From the NCBI GenBank assembly GCA_964594455.1, contig CAZQLY010000005.1, positions 1,682 to 65,681 on the forward strand: a stretch of DNA of 64,000 nucleotides, written 5' to 3'. The position numbers and the translations under genes are program-made. A model generated the notes under the pieces. That model had not been told where the DNA came from and searched no databases. It worked only from the letters and a program-made list of their open reading frames with translations. Source of the stretch: an uncultured Gammaproteobacteria bacterium (lineage in GTDB: Bacteria > Patescibacteriota > Patescibacteriia > JAHIZJ01). Within the stretch, counting starts at the first letter, position 1; each line of letters opens with the position of its first letter. Positions 1 through 12,460 of this stretch are shown one piece after another.

Positions 1-1407
1 GAGAAATTCCTGCCCCAGCTGCCGACCTTTCAGAAAATCATGAACAACGGTGTCTATGGAAAACTAAAGACTACTATTCCTCCTCTCACTCCATGTGCCT
101 GGTCGTCTTTTATGACTGGCAAGAATCCGGGTCAACATGGTATCTACGATTTTGCCTTTCTGCAAGAGGACAAAAAACTGGGCTTGTTTGATTCGACTCA
201 GCGTAAAGATGAAGATATCTGGCAAATATTATCAGCTCAGGGATACAAATGCATAGTGTTTAATGTACCAATGACTTTCCCGGCCTATCCGATCAACGGC
301 CAAATGATAACAGATTTTACAACCCCCACCCTGGACAGCGACTTCACTTATCCCGATTCATTGAAGGGTGAGCTACTGCGAGAATTTCCTAACTATAGAA
401 TCTCAGAAAATTCAAAATATTCAGAGAACGCCAGCGATCAGCGGGAATTCCTGGATGATATTTTTGATTTGTTAGAGTTACGAACCAAGGTTTTTGATTG
501 GCTATTAACCAACAATGAGTGGCATGTTTCTATGGTGGTTTTTGGTGCTAATGATCATATCAACCATTGGTACAGAAAATATATGAACCAAGATGATTCA
601 GAATACAAAGACGCTCTGCTCAACGGTTATAAACGGACCGACGAAAAGATCAAGCAGATTATGGAAAAATATCCTGATGCTAATTTCATGTTCATGTCGG
701 ATCATGGAACAGGACCATACAATAAAGACGTTAACCTTAATCAGTGGCTGCTGGAAAACAAATATATCTATTTGAATAAAAGCCAGGGTGTCATCAAAAG
801 CCTCTTACAGAAACTGGGCTTATCCCCTTCTCGATTGATAAAAATAGCTCTCAATCTAAAGCTGTGGAAACTAATAAAGAGGCTAGGCATCAAAGATACT
901 CTGGTTAAACATACTAGCGTCACGTTTGAAGACGTTGATTGGGAAAAGACTAAAGCCTATTCGTTTGGATATTACGGTCCGATCTATATTGTTGATAATG
1001 AAAACCGAAAAAAACTGGTGACTGAATTAAAAGAAAAACTTCTCAAGATAAAGGCTCTTGATGGAAAGCCTTTGATATCAGATATTTGGACCAAGGATCA
1101 ACTTTACCACGGCCGACACGCATCAAGAATGCCAGACTTAATATTCGCCATGCAAAACTTTACTTATGGCTGTTCTAGTAGCTTCGCTTTTGGCGGCAAT
1201 CAGCTATTCACGGATCCTAAGACTTTTAAAAACGGCGATCACAGCATTTACGGAATCTTTGCCGCCTATGGACCGGACATCAAAAAAACTGGTGCCAAAT
1301 TAGAAGGGTTGAAAATAACTGATATCGCTCCTACGGTTTTGAAGATTTTTGATACTAAAATACCCGAAGACTTTGATGGACGCCCCCTAGACGAAATATT
1401 CAATTAG
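1..1407 (+). CDS. Alkaline phosphatase superfamily protein (type I phosphodiesterase/nucleotide pyrophosphatase), 5'-truncated by window edge
   Basis: Frame is open from base 1 (EKFLPQLPTFQKIM...). Motifs TIPPLTPCAWSSFMTGKNPGQHGIYDF, MSDHG, GDH and DIAPT. Confidence 0.85.
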   Translation, partial: EKFLPQLPTFQKIMNNGVYGKLKTTIPPLTPCAWSSFMTGKNPGQHGIYDFAFLQEDKKLGLFDSTQRKDEDIWQILSAQGYKCIVFNVPMTFPAYPINGQMITDFTTPTLDSDFTYPDSLKGELLREFPNYRISENSKYSENASDQREFLDDIFDLLELRTKVFDWLLTNNEWHVSMVVFGANDHINHWYRKYMNQDDSEYKDALLNGYKRTDEKIKQIMEKYPDANFMFMSDHGTGPYNKDVNLNQWLLENKYIYLNKSQGVIKSLLQKLGLSPSRLIKIALNLKLWKLIKRLGIKDTLVKHTSVTFEDVDWEKTKAYSFGYYGPIYIVDNENRKKLVTELKEKLLKIKALDGKPLISDIWTKDQLYHGRHASRMPDLIFAMQNFTYGCSSSFAFGGNQLFTDPKTFKNGDHSIYGIFAAYGPDIKKTGAKLEGLKITDIAPTVLKIFDTKIPEDFDGRPLDEIFN

Positions 1408-1424
1408 AATAAAAAAACACTTAG

Positions 1425-2486
1425 TTATACGTTACCTAGGTGTTTTTTTATTTCCTCAAGATATAAATGACTAATATATTTCCAGTTATAGTATTTCTTG
1501 GTATAAGCAGCTACCTCTTCAGATATGTTCTTTAAATTACTGCTGCCTTTCAATTCATTTATTTTGGAAATGAATTCCTCAGCTCGACCTGACTCGACTA
1601 AGAAGCCGTTTTTGCCATCAACAATCGCATCCTGTATGCCTTCAATGGACGAAGCCACGGCCGGTAATCCTCTAACTGCCGCCTCAATCAAAACAATACC
1701 AAACCCCTCAATATCTCCAGCCACTTTGATATTGGGCATAATAAACAAGTCACAGACACTGAACAACATTTCACGTGTTTCATCTGGTACTCGACCCAGT
1801 AATTTAACTTTTGAATGAAGATGTAACTCTTCTATTTTTAAACTTATTGTTTCGGCCTCAGATCCATCGCCGGCGATTAGATACAAAAAATCATCTGATA
1901 AATTCGGCATAACGTTTTCTACAAACCAGGCAGTTCCCTTTCTTTTCACTAAACGACCCAGAGAGAGCAAGATAAATTTTCCTTCAACACTTTGTTGCAA
2001 ATATCCTTCGAGATCTTTTCTGTAATATTTTTTTATCAAAGTAGGAATTTCCGTACCATTGGGTATAAAAGTACATTGGTCTCCCCTGATACCTCTTTTT
2101 ACACACTCATCAATAGTGGCCCGCCCCACAGTAAATACATGATCCATCTTTCTGATAAAAGGAACCACTGCCTTCTGATACAGCTTGTTCTGGTATGTAA
2201 TATCCAGACCGTGAACTGTAATATAAACTGGTTTTCGTGTTATTAATTTAAGTAGATAGCCAACCGGAGCCAATAAACCATCCGTTAAATAAATACAGTT
2301 AACTCCCCATGACAAAAAAAACCCTGCAACCAAGGAATAGGGCAAGAACCAAATCAGATTATATTGCTTGCCCTTTAGAGCGATAAGTCTTCGTCGGCAA
2401 GCTATATTATTGATAAGTCCATAACTGTAATTTTCCATCCCTCCAACCTGAGGTGGATATTTTCTAGTTATGAAAAGTATTTTCAT
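1425..2486 (-). CDS. Glycosyltransferase family 4 (GT-B)
   Basis: YPPQVGGME, GRLVKRKG, EGFGIVLIEA (EX7E) and DGKNGFLV motifs. Confidence 0.9.
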   Translation of the reverse strand: MKILFITRKYPPQVGGMENYSYGLINNIACRRRLIALKGKQYNLIWFLPYSLVAGFFLSWGVNCIYLTDGLLAPVGYLLKLITRKPVYITVHGLDITYQNKLYQKAVVPFIRKMDHVFTVGRATIDECVKRGIRGDQCTFIPNGTEIPTLIKKYYRKDLEGYLQQSVEGKFILLSLGRLVKRKGTAWFVENVMPNLSDDFLYLIAGDGSEAETISLKIEELHLHSKVKLLGRVPDETREMLFSVCDLFIMPNIKVAGDIEGFGIVLIEAAVRGLPAVASSIEGIQDAIVDGKNGFLVESGRAEEFISKINELKGSSNLKNISEEVAAYTKKYYNWKYISHLYLEEIKKHLGNV

Positions 2487-3433
2487 TTTTTCAATGCTTC
2501 TTTCTTTTGTCGGTATAATATCTCTTCCTGCATTTTTCTATTCCAGCCAATGGCTGAAGCTATCAGGCCCAAGATAAACACCTGGAATCCTAATAGTATC
2601 AATATAGCTGCAATCACCAGTGACTGAATATGACCTTTGCCCTCATCAGCGGTAAAAAAGTAAAAATAGAGAAAACGTAATATCAGAAAAAAACCAGGCA
2701 GAAAAATCACCAAACCCAACCCCGACATCACTCTGAGCGGTTTATAGATGGTGAAGACTCGGGAAATAACTATCAAAGATTTAACCAGGTGCTTTGGTAT
2801 GCTAGAAATAAGCCGAGACTTACGAGTAACCTTGCGGGCTTTGATAGGTACCGAGGTTATTTTCATGTTATGGTCCAGGGCTTGAATCAGGGTTTCGTGA
2901 GTATAAGTATGTTTAGACAAAATTGAAATACGCAGGGCTGCTTCACGGTTGTATGCCCGAAAACCGCTTGATACGTCCAGGGTCTTTTTTAAACCGATTA
3001 ATCTAGAAACGCAGTAACTGCCAAACAGGTTTAAATATTTATTGGCCGCTGGCATATATTCTAAGTTTTTTACTTCCCTATCTCCGATTACCACGTCAGC
3101 CTTCTTTCCCAACAACGGCTGGATCAAATCCGGAATACGGGATTGATTATAATGATTATCGCCATCAGTGTTTACAATAATATCAGCCCCACGCTGCAAG
3201 GCTTCCTGAATCAGGCGTTGAAAGGTATAGGCCAGTTTCTTATTAGTACCATTTGATAAAACATAATCAGCCCCAGCCGAACGAGCCAGATCCATTGTAT
3301 TGTCTGTGGAGCCGTCGTCCAATACCATAACTTCAACCTTTTCAATACCAGGTATTTGGCGCGGGATTTCCCGAATCACAGTCTCAATATTTTCTGCCTC
3401 GTTATAGGCAGGGATGGTGACTATTAACTTCAT
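2483..3433 (-). CDS. Glycosyltransferase family 2 with two C-terminal TM helices
   Basis: IPAYNEAENI, DDGSTDNT, TDGD (DXD) and DVSSGFRAY motifs. Confidence 0.9.
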   Translation of the reverse strand: MKLIVTIPAYNEAENIETVIREIPRQIPGIEKVEVMVLDDGSTDNTMDLARSAGADYVLSNGTNKKLAYTFQRLIQEALQRGADIIVNTDGDNHYNQSRIPDLIQPLLGKKADVVIGDREVKNLEYMPAANKYLNLFGSYCVSRLIGLKKTLDVSSGFRAYNREAALRISILSKHTYTHETLIQALDHNMKITSVPIKARKVTRKSRLISSIPKHLVKSLIVISRVFTIYKPLRVMSGLGLVIFLPGFFLILRFLYFYFFTADEGKGHIQSLVIAAILILLGFQVFILGLIASAIGWNRKMQEEILYRQKKEALKK

Positions 3434-3443
3434 AAAATTGGGC

Positions 3444-4727
<1,284 letters not shown>

Positions 4728-4792
4728 AAATTATGTTTTTTATTAATTATCATCCCAATACCAACAAACTTAACCCAGCTAATTATACAGAG

Positions 4793-5971
4793 TTAACGCT
4801 TGTTCTTGCCAATATACTTCTTTAATACCGGGACCATATCAGTTTTTTCCCAGGTAAATCCAGCTTCATTGCGGCCGAAATGCCCATAGGCAGCAGTCTG
4901 TTTATAGATTGGTCTTTTTAAGTTAAGCTTCTTGATGATTCCAGCTGGTGTCAGATCAAAGTGTCGGCGAACAATCTTCTCTAGCTTAGAATTTGATAGC
5001 TGGCTGGTACCGAACGAATTAATCAATATACTAATCGGGTCAGCATAACCAATAACATAGGCGATCTGGACCTCACACTTCTTAGCTAAACCAGCAGCTA
5101 CTAGATTTTTGGCAACATAACGGGCCATATATGAAGCGGAGCGATCAACTTTGGAGGGATCCTTGCCAGAAAAGCATCCGCCGCCGTGGCTGCCATGACC
5201 GCCGTAGGTATCGACAATGATTTTACGACCGGTTAAACCGGCGTCAGCTGGAGGTCCGCCTTTGACGAATTTGCCGGTAGCATTGACAAATACTCTGGTT
5301 TTGGAATCAAAATATTTTCTAGCAACTGGTTTAATAACCTTTTGAGTAATGTCTCGTTCCAGCTTTTTCATATTAACCCCTTCGTCATGCTGGGTAGCCA
5401 GTACTACAGTATCAATTCGCTTAGGCTTGCCATCAACATATTCAACTGCTACTGCTGTTTTGCCATCAGGACCTAGGTAGGGCAGTGTTTTGTTTTTACG
5501 CACCTGGGCTAGACGGCGGGCCATCTTATGGGATAAGACAATCGGCAAAGGCATATATTCCGGAGTTTCGTCAGTAGCAAAGCCAAACATTAAGCCTTGA
5601 TCGCCCGCGCCCTGCTTCTTAAACTTACCCTTGCCTGCATCAACTCCTTGAGCAATATCGGGGCTTTGTTCGTCGATGGCTAAAACCACGCCGCAGTCTT
5701 CCCAATGAAAACCATATTCATGATTATCATATCCGATATCTCGAATTGTTTCTCTAACTATTTTCTGGACATCTACATAGCCCTTGGTTCTTATTTCACC
5801 AGCTACAACGACTAAGCCAGTGGTGGCCAAAACCTCACAACCGGAATGGCTTTCCGCGTCTTGGCGTAATAATTCGTCTAAAATAGCATCAGATATTTGA
5901 TCACATACTTTATCCGGATGCCCCTCAGTAACAGATTCTGAGGTAAAAATGTAACGTTCTTTGCTTTTCAT
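4793..5971 (-). CDS. metK: S-adenosylmethionine synthetase
   Basis: [19 protein letters not shown] and [16 protein letters not shown] signatures. Confidence 0.98.
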   Translation of the reverse strand: MKSKERYIFTSESVTEGHPDKVCDQISDAILDELLRQDAESHSGCEVLATTGLVVVAGEIRTKGYVDVQKIVRETIRDIGYDNHEYGFHWEDCGVVLAIDEQSPDIAQGVDAGKGKFKKQGAGDQGLMFGFATDETPEYMPLPIVLSHKMARRLAQVRKNKTLPYLGPDGKTAVAVEYVDGKPKRIDTVVLATQHDEGVNMKKLERDITQKVIKPVARKYFDSKTRVFVNATGKFVKGGPPADAGLTGRKIIVDTYGGHGSHGGGCFSGKDPSKVDRSASYMARYVAKNLVAAGLAKKCEVQIAYVIGYADPISILINSFGTSQLSNSKLEKIVRRHFDLTPAGIIKKLNLKRPIYKQTAAYGHFGRNEAGFTWEKTDMVPVLKKYIGKNKR

Positions 5972-5990
5972 TTTTACTCCTGTTTATTTA

Positions 5991-7016
5991 TTATATTTTT
6001 ACGTCGTTTAATCCAATGACTCGACTTCCTTTCATGTCATCGATGGTGAGTTTTAAGCCCTCCTCTAAGGGAACCACTGGGAACCAGCCAAGCTTATTCT
6101 TTGCCAAGTCAATGTCAGGTACTCCCCTGTGATGAGTATAGGGTGATTCTTCTTCGTAAATTATTTCGGAATTAGATTCTGACACGGTCTTAACTTTTTC
6201 GGCAATCTCACTTAAACGCACTGGTGATGAGTTTCCAATATTTATCGGGCCACCTAATTCTGATCCCATCATTCTATGGATTGCTTCAATTACATCTGTG
6301 ATATAACAAATGGCTGTCACGTCATCTGGTTGGGCATAGACTACCATTTTCTCACCAGTTAAAGCTTTTGAGACCAATCTTGGTATCATACGGTTGTCAC
6401 TCAAGCTCATTCTAGGGCCGTAGGTTTGAAAGAGCCTTATTATTCGAGTATCAACCTTGAATTTTTCGCAATATATTTTTATTAATGTCTCAGCGTACCT
6501 TTTTCCTTCATCGTAACAGCTACGTTCACCCAGATGATCGACAAAACCCCAATAGTCCTCTTTAAAAACTTTACCGTTTTTTTCTATTGGCCAGCCATAG
6601 ACTGCTGAGCTGGAGGTAAAAATAAACCGAGCATGGTACTTCACCGCTAAGTCAAGGGCATTGCGCGTCCCTACCCCATTGGTAAGTATGGTGGCTACCT
6701 GATGCTCATGTTTTTCATAATGTGAAGTAGGGCAAGCCAAATGGTAAATATCTTGAATTCCGTGAAATGGAATTTTAAACTTTTTCAAGCCTGGTGAAGA
6801 TTCAAGATCTATCGGGTCTACTAAATCGTGTTTTACAAATTCAAAATTAGGCAAGTGGAGAAGGTGTTCAATATTATTGATGTTACCACTAATGAAATTA
6901 TCAATACATATAACATTGGCATTCTTTACCAAAGAATCACAAAGATGACTACCAATAAATCCGGCCCCGCCGGTAACTATAATATTTTTCTTTTGGACAA
7001 GGTCAGCTATAGACAT
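5991..7016 (-). CDS. NAD-dependent epimerase/dehydratase, UDP-glucuronate decarboxylase-like
   Basis: VTGGAGFIGSHL, IYHLACPTS and RSCYDEGKR (YxxxK). Lies two genes from ugd. Confidence 0.85.
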   Translation of the reverse strand: MSIADLVQKKNIIVTGGAGFIGSHLCDSLVKNANVICIDNFISGNINNIEHLLHLPNFEFVKHDLVDPIDLESSPGLKKFKIPFHGIQDIYHLACPTSHYEKHEHQVATILTNGVGTRNALDLAVKYHARFIFTSSSAVYGWPIEKNGKVFKEDYWGFVDHLGERSCYDEGKRYAETLIKIYCEKFKVDTRIIRLFQTYGPRMSLSDNRMIPRLVSKALTGEKMVVYAQPDDVTAICYITDVIEAIHRMMGSELGGPINIGNSSPVRLSEIAEKVKTVSESNSEIIYEEESPYTHHRGVPDIDLAKNKLGWFPVVPLEEGLKLTIDDMKGSRVIGLNDVKI

Positions 7017-7017
7017 A

Positions 7018-7740
7018 TTATTTAAATAAATGATGAAATCTAACTTTGATAAGCGATAAAAACATATTGAGACTGGTTTTAATCAATTTTCCAGTTGAGC
7101 CAAGCATTTCAGAGCTCGATTGGTCAACCCAAATAGTTGGAACCTCTTTTAACTTATACCCAGCCTGTTTGACAAGTAATAGTAATTCCACATCAAAAGC
7201 CATATTTTTTACTTTTAATTTTGGCACAATTTTTTCTATCACCTCGCGTTTAAACAGTTTCGCTCCACACTGTGTGTCCCGAACCGGCAGCCAAAATAAT
7301 AATTTATTGATAATATAAAAACCTTGGCTTACTATAGTCCTGAGTGGGGATGTCCGACCAACCACTTGAGCTCCTTTGAGCCAGCGTGAAGCTATCGCAC
7401 AATCATATTCATCGTGGAGTATGGTTTCAACCAACTTTCGAAATTCAGCTGGGCTGGTAGCGCCATCAGCATCGACAAATCCTACTAATTCGCCTTTGGC
7501 AATCTTGAAGCCTTCTTGAACGGCTAATCCTTTTCCGCCCTCCTTAATATTATGGATAACAATTTCATCTTCCAATTCCTCCTGGGCTTGTTGCACTACT
7601 CCTAGAGTATTGTCAGTACAACCGTTAGGTACAATTATCAACTCCTTATTCCCCGGATAGAAATCCTTTACGTATTGATCCAACGTGCGCCGTATCCTTT
7701 TTTCTTCGTTGTAGGCTGGGATTATTAGTGAGACTAACAT
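7018..7740 (-). CDS. GT2, dolichyl/polyprenyl-phosphate beta-glucosyltransferase-like
   Basis: IIPAYNEEKRI, GKGLAV, FVDADG, DTQCGAKLF and FDVELL motifs. Confidence 0.88.
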   Translation of the reverse strand: MLVSLIIPAYNEEKRIRRTLDQYVKDFYPGNKELIIVPNGCTDNTLGVVQQAQEELEDEIVIHNIKEGGKGLAVQEGFKIAKGELVGFVDADGATSPAEFRKLVETILHDEYDCAIASRWLKGAQVVGRTSPLRTIVSQGFYIINKLLFWLPVRDTQCGAKLFKREVIEKIVPKLKVKNMAFDVELLLLVKQAGYKLKEVPTIWVDQSSSEMLGSTGKLIKTSLNMFLSLIKVRFHHLFK

Positions 7741-7746
7741 GGTAAT

Positions 7747-8982
7747 TTATTTTAAGGCGTTAAGCTCGGATTCTATAATGACTGTTTCGGAGTCACGAAC
7801 AATTTCCAGCTTAATTTTTGCTCCAGGGGTTTGATCCTGAACAAGGTCAGTCAATGTGTTTGACCGGTCTATATTAATTCCATTTACCTTCAATATTACA
7901 TCATTCTTGGTTAATCCGGCTTCAGCCGCAGCGCTATTATCCGCCACCGTAGGAAATCCAGCTTCTAGATCTCCATACAATAAAGCTCCCTGCTTTTTAC
8001 CTTGGGAATAAAGAGTAGAAATATTTGCGACAGTCGTTAAATCAATATAATGAACCCCCAATGAAGAGCGAATAACTTCACCATTTTTTAATAAGCTTGT
8101 TAAGCCACCACGTATTTGAAAGGCCGGCACCAGCTCGCTGGTAGGCCAATCCGCTGAAGCTACCAAGCCTACAACCCTCCCAGATAGATCAACTGCTACT
8201 GCCCCTTGATAGTCCTCTGACACTTCGTTGGAAACTAAAGTACGCCTCTGATAGCTGTCACTTGATTCTAGATAATCAGCCTCGGACGACAATACTATGT
8301 GCTGTTGTTGTATTATAGATGAAGGCAATATCATGGGTAGTGTGCCTTCATTTCTAGTCAACAGATAAATAGACTGAGTGAGTATGCTTTCTTCCCGATC
8401 AACAAATTCTACCACTGGAAGATTTTCGGCTCCTATTTTCACGAAGTAAATTGGGGTAACGGCATCGGCCATTATTTTTTCAATCTTATAAACCTCGTTA
8501 TCAGAAGTCACTGCAACATAAGATTGAGATAAATCTGGAGTGGCCCAACGCGGGATAGCTATCCAGCCATCGCTGGTTACTGCCAAACCGGTTGATAGTT
8601 GATCCCAGGGATTATATAGGCTACTGCGAGGATCGTTCACAGCAGTCGGCTCTTCGTTTTCCAAGAATATCCCCACAATAGCTGAAGATAATGAATCAAT
8701 AATCTTTGCTGAGTCAGTTGTCTGCTGGGCGTTATTTCTCTGACCTACTTGTACAGAAGTAATGCCGGTCGACTGACCACTATCACCAAAATAGTTATAA
8801 AAGAAGTAACCACCGAAAAAACCCGAAAAAATACCAATTACTATAGCTAGGATGATTATAAAAACCCGGCCGTTGCGAAACGACGGTTTATGTATTTCTT
8901 GGAGGCTTTTATCATTATAAAGCTTTTCAATGTCTTTCATTTTTTTTGCTTTGGGTGAGGTCGGTGAAGGTTTTACTTCCAT
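7747..8982 (-). CDS. Membrane-anchored HtrA/DegP-like (trypsin fold + PDZ) protein, catalytic residues apparently lost
   Basis: N-terminal TM helix; STGLAVTSDGWI and DLSGRVVGL trypsin-fold segments; PDZ segment AAAEAGLTKNDVILKVNG. No GNSGG motif. Confidence 0.75.
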   Translation of the reverse strand: MEVKPSPTSPKAKKMKDIEKLYNDKSLQEIHKPSFRNGRVFIIILAIVIGIFSGFFGGYFFYNYFGDSGQSTGITSVQVGQRNNAQQTTDSAKIIDSLSSAIVGIFLENEEPTAVNDPRSSLYNPWDQLSTGLAVTSDGWIAIPRWATPDLSQSYVAVTSDNEVYKIEKIMADAVTPIYFVKIGAENLPVVEFVDREESILTQSIYLLTRNEGTLPMILPSSIIQQQHIVLSSEADYLESSDSYQRRTLVSNEVSEDYQGAVAVDLSGRVVGLVASADWPTSELVPAFQIRGGLTSLLKNGEVIRSSLGVHYIDLTTVANISTLYSQGKKQGALLYGDLEAGFPTVADNSAAAEAGLTKNDVILKVNGINIDRSNTLTDLVQDQTPGAKIKLEIVRDSETVIIESELNALK

Positions 8983-8998
8983 GGTTTTACAAAAATTG

Positions 8999-9760
8999 TT
9001 ATATCCATCTGGCTGTAACTACAGTTAATAATAACACACTTACACTAATAACTAAATAGCGTATTACTACCGATTTATATAGTTTTTCCAGATAAAAATA
9101 CCGACCTAAATTCACCATTGCATAGTAAACCACAGTGACAATCAACGCATTAACCAAGAAGCTTGAGGGTAAAAAACTAATTGCCCAAAATACTTCAAAT
9201 CCCACCAGACCGGTAATAGCCGAGAAGCCCCAGGCTTGGGCAGCTAGTATTTTGTTTACCCATAAAGTCTGTAGAGAAAGCACTGTGATTACAACAAACA
9301 TAAAAATACTCAAGAGCCAATTTGGCCAGGCTAAATAAAGTATCAAGCTGTAAAAGGTGCCCGCTAGTGTAAATACTGACACTAAGTTCAAATAACTGGA
9401 AATGTTTTGCAAAGCATTAACCTGATATTTTTCTGTCCGGAAATGATAATAATATATTTGCGTTAAAGTAATAGTATTTAATATCAATGTGGTGACAATA
9501 ATAGATTGCCTGATCAATTCACCCGAGATGAAGAAAATAAAAAAGTAGGCTCCACTGTTAAAAAATATCAGACTAATGAGTAGGGCTAGGCGCACCATCC
9601 CCAATCCTCTTTTGGAAATTATTATTACACTACCGACAATTATCACCAAGGCCGCGATCCAAATATAAAAAATGTAGTCAGTATACTTTAATAACGCCTC
9701 GTAAACCAAAGCTAAACAAATTGGGGCAACAATCGGTATTGGTCTTTTTAATATCAACAT
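8999..9760 (-). CDS. Multi-pass membrane protein of unknown function
   Basis: About 8-9 hydrophobic segments, in an operon context. Confidence 0.75.
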   Translation of the reverse strand: MLILKRPIPIVAPICLALVYEALLKYTDYIFYIWIAALVIIVGSVIIISKRGLGMVRLALLISLIFFNSGAYFFIFFISGELIRQSIIVTTLILNTITLTQIYYYHFRTEKYQVNALQNISSYLNLVSVFTLAGTFYSLILYLAWPNWLLSIFMFVVITVLSLQTLWVNKILAAQAWGFSAITGLVGFEVFWAISFLPSSFLVNALIVTVVYYAMVNLGRYFYLEKLYKSVVIRYLVISVSVLLLTVVTARWI

Positions 9761-9763
9761 ATT

Positions 9764-10462
9764 TTATAAAGGTAATACGGAATTTACTATTCGGCCCACA
9801 AAAATAACTTCTTGCGGACGTAATTCCACAGCATTTAATAATATATATTCCTGTAATGCATCATTGAACTTCTGCCAGGGGTCACCAATCACATCAGAGA
9901 TTATATATTCTACCATACTTGAAGGCATTGTTAATCGTTCAAATTTCGACTTGACCACCTTGAGTTGTAATTCACCGAGTTCTATCTCGGGTACTACGTT
10001 CATTGAAAACAAGTAAGTACGCTTATCAGTCACTACTTCACCAAAAAACTCAATTGAGTCATTTGCGATCGCGGCCTGCACATTCCTGAAAGGTAGGTCT
10101 CTATTGGCCTCAAGGGCTTGAGCGATCAGGGCTGTTAACTCCCCCTCACTCAGGGCAACTGATCCTTCAAGTCCGGTGGAGAGTTCCATTCTTCCGGAAA
10201 CCCTATCTCCTATATCCCCCACTTCAGCTTCCACTTTTCTAATCGGCTGGATTGGTCTGTAAAAAATCTGGGTAAAAACCGGGACTTCAATTAAGCCAAG
10301 ATAACATAGCCAAGCCACTAAACTACCTAACAGTAATACCAGAAAAAACAATATTCTTGTTAAACAACTTTTCGGGAATAATATTTTTTTGAAGATACTG
10401 GCCGTTTTTCTCTTTTTTGATAAAGACTCTTTAGTTGGATCGGGTCGTTCTACTCTCGCCAT
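9764..10462 (-). CDS. Hypothetical single-TM protein
   Basis: 232 aa ORF with one N-terminal TM segment, tightly packed with neighbours. Confidence 0.7.
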   Translation of the reverse strand: MARVERPDPTKESLSKKRKTASIFKKILFPKSCLTRILFFLVLLLGSLVAWLCYLGLIEVPVFTQIFYRPIQPIRKVEAEVGDIGDRVSGRMELSTGLEGSVALSEGELTALIAQALEANRDLPFRNVQAAIANDSIEFFGEVVTDKRTYLFSMNVVPEIELGELQLKVVKSKFERLTMPSSMVEYIISDVIGDPWQKFNDALQEYILLNAVELRPQEVIFVGRIVNSVLPL

Positions 10463-10480
10463 ATCATTAATTAAGCAGCA

Positions 10481-11575
10481 TTATTGGATTGAAGAATTTT
10501 TTGGCAACGCCAGCCAGTTGTTGCCTGATCGAGTAAGCGCCTCTCGATAATTACCTTTTGAATTCATTTTCCAAATTTGCACTTTACGATTACCGCTGGA
10601 TAAATCCAAAGTGTTATACAAAATATCGCCGTTCTCAGTCCGTGACCATCTAGCTGATATGCCGTTGTTGATTAATTGTTCCCACTGACTGCCGTCGACT
10701 CTAACGTGGCCGATATTTCCTAGAAGAGCATCTTGATCTATTACTTGAGTATAGAGAATAATCTGACTGTCAGCTGACAGGTCCAGAGTCCAGTCTCCTA
10801 CATCAGCTATTTTTGGCATTTCAATAATGACCGACTCGTTCTGTCCACGCAAGTCATTGGCTTTGATCCTAAAATTGTTTTCTTCTTCAACTATATAATA
10901 AACTTTTTCGCCTGCGATAGAAAAGATCGGGGCATATGTAACACCCGATACGATCAGTAAAGGGTCAGTTGTCACCCCAGTACGCAGAATCTCCGAATAA
11001 TATGTCCCTGACCTAGTATTGTATACCATTCTCCGGCTGTCGGGTGATATTTGTATTGATAAAACACCGTCACTTATGGGCCGCACCTCATGACTGTCCA
11101 AATGAACCAAAAAACTTCTCAGGCTTCCATCCATACTCTTAGTATCAGAAACCGAATAGACTGCATAGTGGCCGTTGGGAGCCGCCGTTAACTGCTTGGG
11201 TATATCTCTGAGAGCTAGGACAAAATCTTTCTCATTAGAATCAATAGTATACTTCCAAAGTTTAAAAAACTCTTCCTCTCTTGAGAAATACAAAAGAGTA
11301 TTATCACCTATCATCACGGGTAGCAACTGATCGCTGCTATTTGGAACTACAGCTACTGACCGATCACGATACTCTTGATAAGTATAAATATTCCATAGGC
11401 CTGTTTGGTCCGAAATAAAAGGCTGTATCGGCTCTGAGGTCAGTAAATCAACTGTTTCTCTTTGAACAATATGGCCTTTTACTTCCCCTGTCTCCCCTTC
11501 TGACTCCAACCACCAATAAACCAGGCCGGCCAGGCTTATTACTGCGATAACTAATATCAATATCCGTTTAACCAT
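10481..11575 (-). CDS. Secreted TolB-like beta-propeller protein
   Basis: N-terminal signal/TM; repeated SPDS/APNG/SADS blade motifs; QIWKMNSKG. Confidence 0.7.
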   Translation of the reverse strand: MVKRILILVIAVISLAGLVYWWLESEGETGEVKGHIVQRETVDLLTSEPIQPFISDQTGLWNIYTYQEYRDRSVAVVPNSSDQLLPVMIGDNTLLYFSREEEFFKLWKYTIDSNEKDFVLALRDIPKQLTAAPNGHYAVYSVSDTKSMDGSLRSFLVHLDSHEVRPISDGVLSIQISPDSRRMVYNTRSGTYYSEILRTGVTTDPLLIVSGVTYAPIFSIAGEKVYYIVEEENNFRIKANDLRGQNESVIIEMPKIADVGDWTLDLSADSQIILYTQVIDQDALLGNIGHVRVDGSQWEQLINNGISARWSRTENGDILYNTLDLSSGNRKVQIWKMNSKGNYREALTRSGNNWLALPKNSSIQ

Positions 11576-11629
11576 AATTATATTTCTAACCTAATGCTGT
11601 TTTTTGTCAATATACGAAATACCCTCTTT

Positions 11630-12451
11630 TTATTTATTTCCTTTTTCCAAAAAACATTTATCAAAATTAGGGTTATCTTTCCATTTACATTGTCCACTAA
11701 CACAGCCACAGGAAGTGTACTGATAGCATTCATAATAAGGCCGAGCCAGGCAAGGACTGACTACTGACTCCACTAGCCCCTTGACCCCACATACTTCGCT
11801 GGAACACCCACCGATCGCACAATCTGAATCTGAGTTACATTCGTCTCTGGCTTTAGAAATAATAGTAAACTTCTCTTTGGTAACTTGTCCGTCAGCGTCA
11901 GTTATTAATACATGGTAAGTTCCAGACGGCACTAAGCTAGATTCTTCATGAGAAATAGTTTTACCCTGGCACTCCTCTTGGATAGACCAAAATATATTCT
12001 GGTCCCAGCTAAACGTGCCTGATACTTTTTTGACCCCGCAGTCAATCGCATCACTGCAGCGATCATCAGTGTTTTCAACAATAATCTCTCCGGCCTGACA
12101 ATACAGATCCACGCCGCGTCCCACTATTCCTGCGCAGGAGTGTTTTATATTTAAACTTTCACCTTCACTATCGGTAATTTGATAAGGTAAGAAATCAGAA
12201 CAATACTCTACTAGGTAATTACTTAATGTGAATTCCACCGTTTCTCCAGATACATAGGTTTTTTTAGTCAGCTCAATACTGCCCTCACCCGACTCGGTAT
12301 TGGAATCGCTGTCAGTGGTTGTTTCATTATCAACCGTACTATTTGATGTATCACCACTTTCAGACTCTTGATTAAAGACTAAAGCAACAACAACCCCAAC
12401 CCAACCTAGGAATAAAATTGTTATTACCGTATATAATACTTTTTTATTCAT
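11630..12451 (-). CDS. Secreted Cys-rich protein with C-terminal eight-cysteine-cluster domain
   Basis: Signal/TM; C-terminus CNSDSDCAIGGCSSEVC...CLARPYYECYQYTSCGCVSGQCKW. Confidence 0.75.
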   Translation of the reverse strand: MNKKVLYTVITILFLGWVGVVVALVFNQESESGDTSNSTVDNETTTDSDSNTESGEGSIELTKKTYVSGETVEFTLSNYLVEYCSDFLPYQITDSEGESLNIKHSCAGIVGRGVDLYCQAGEIIVENTDDRCSDAIDCGVKKVSGTFSWDQNIFWSIQEECQGKTISHEESSLVPSGTYHVLITDADGQVTKEKFTIISKARDECNSDSDCAIGGCSSEVCGVKGLVESVVSPCLARPYYECYQYTSCGCVSGQCKWKDNPNFDKCFLEKGNK

Positions 12452-12460
12452 TTGTTGATC

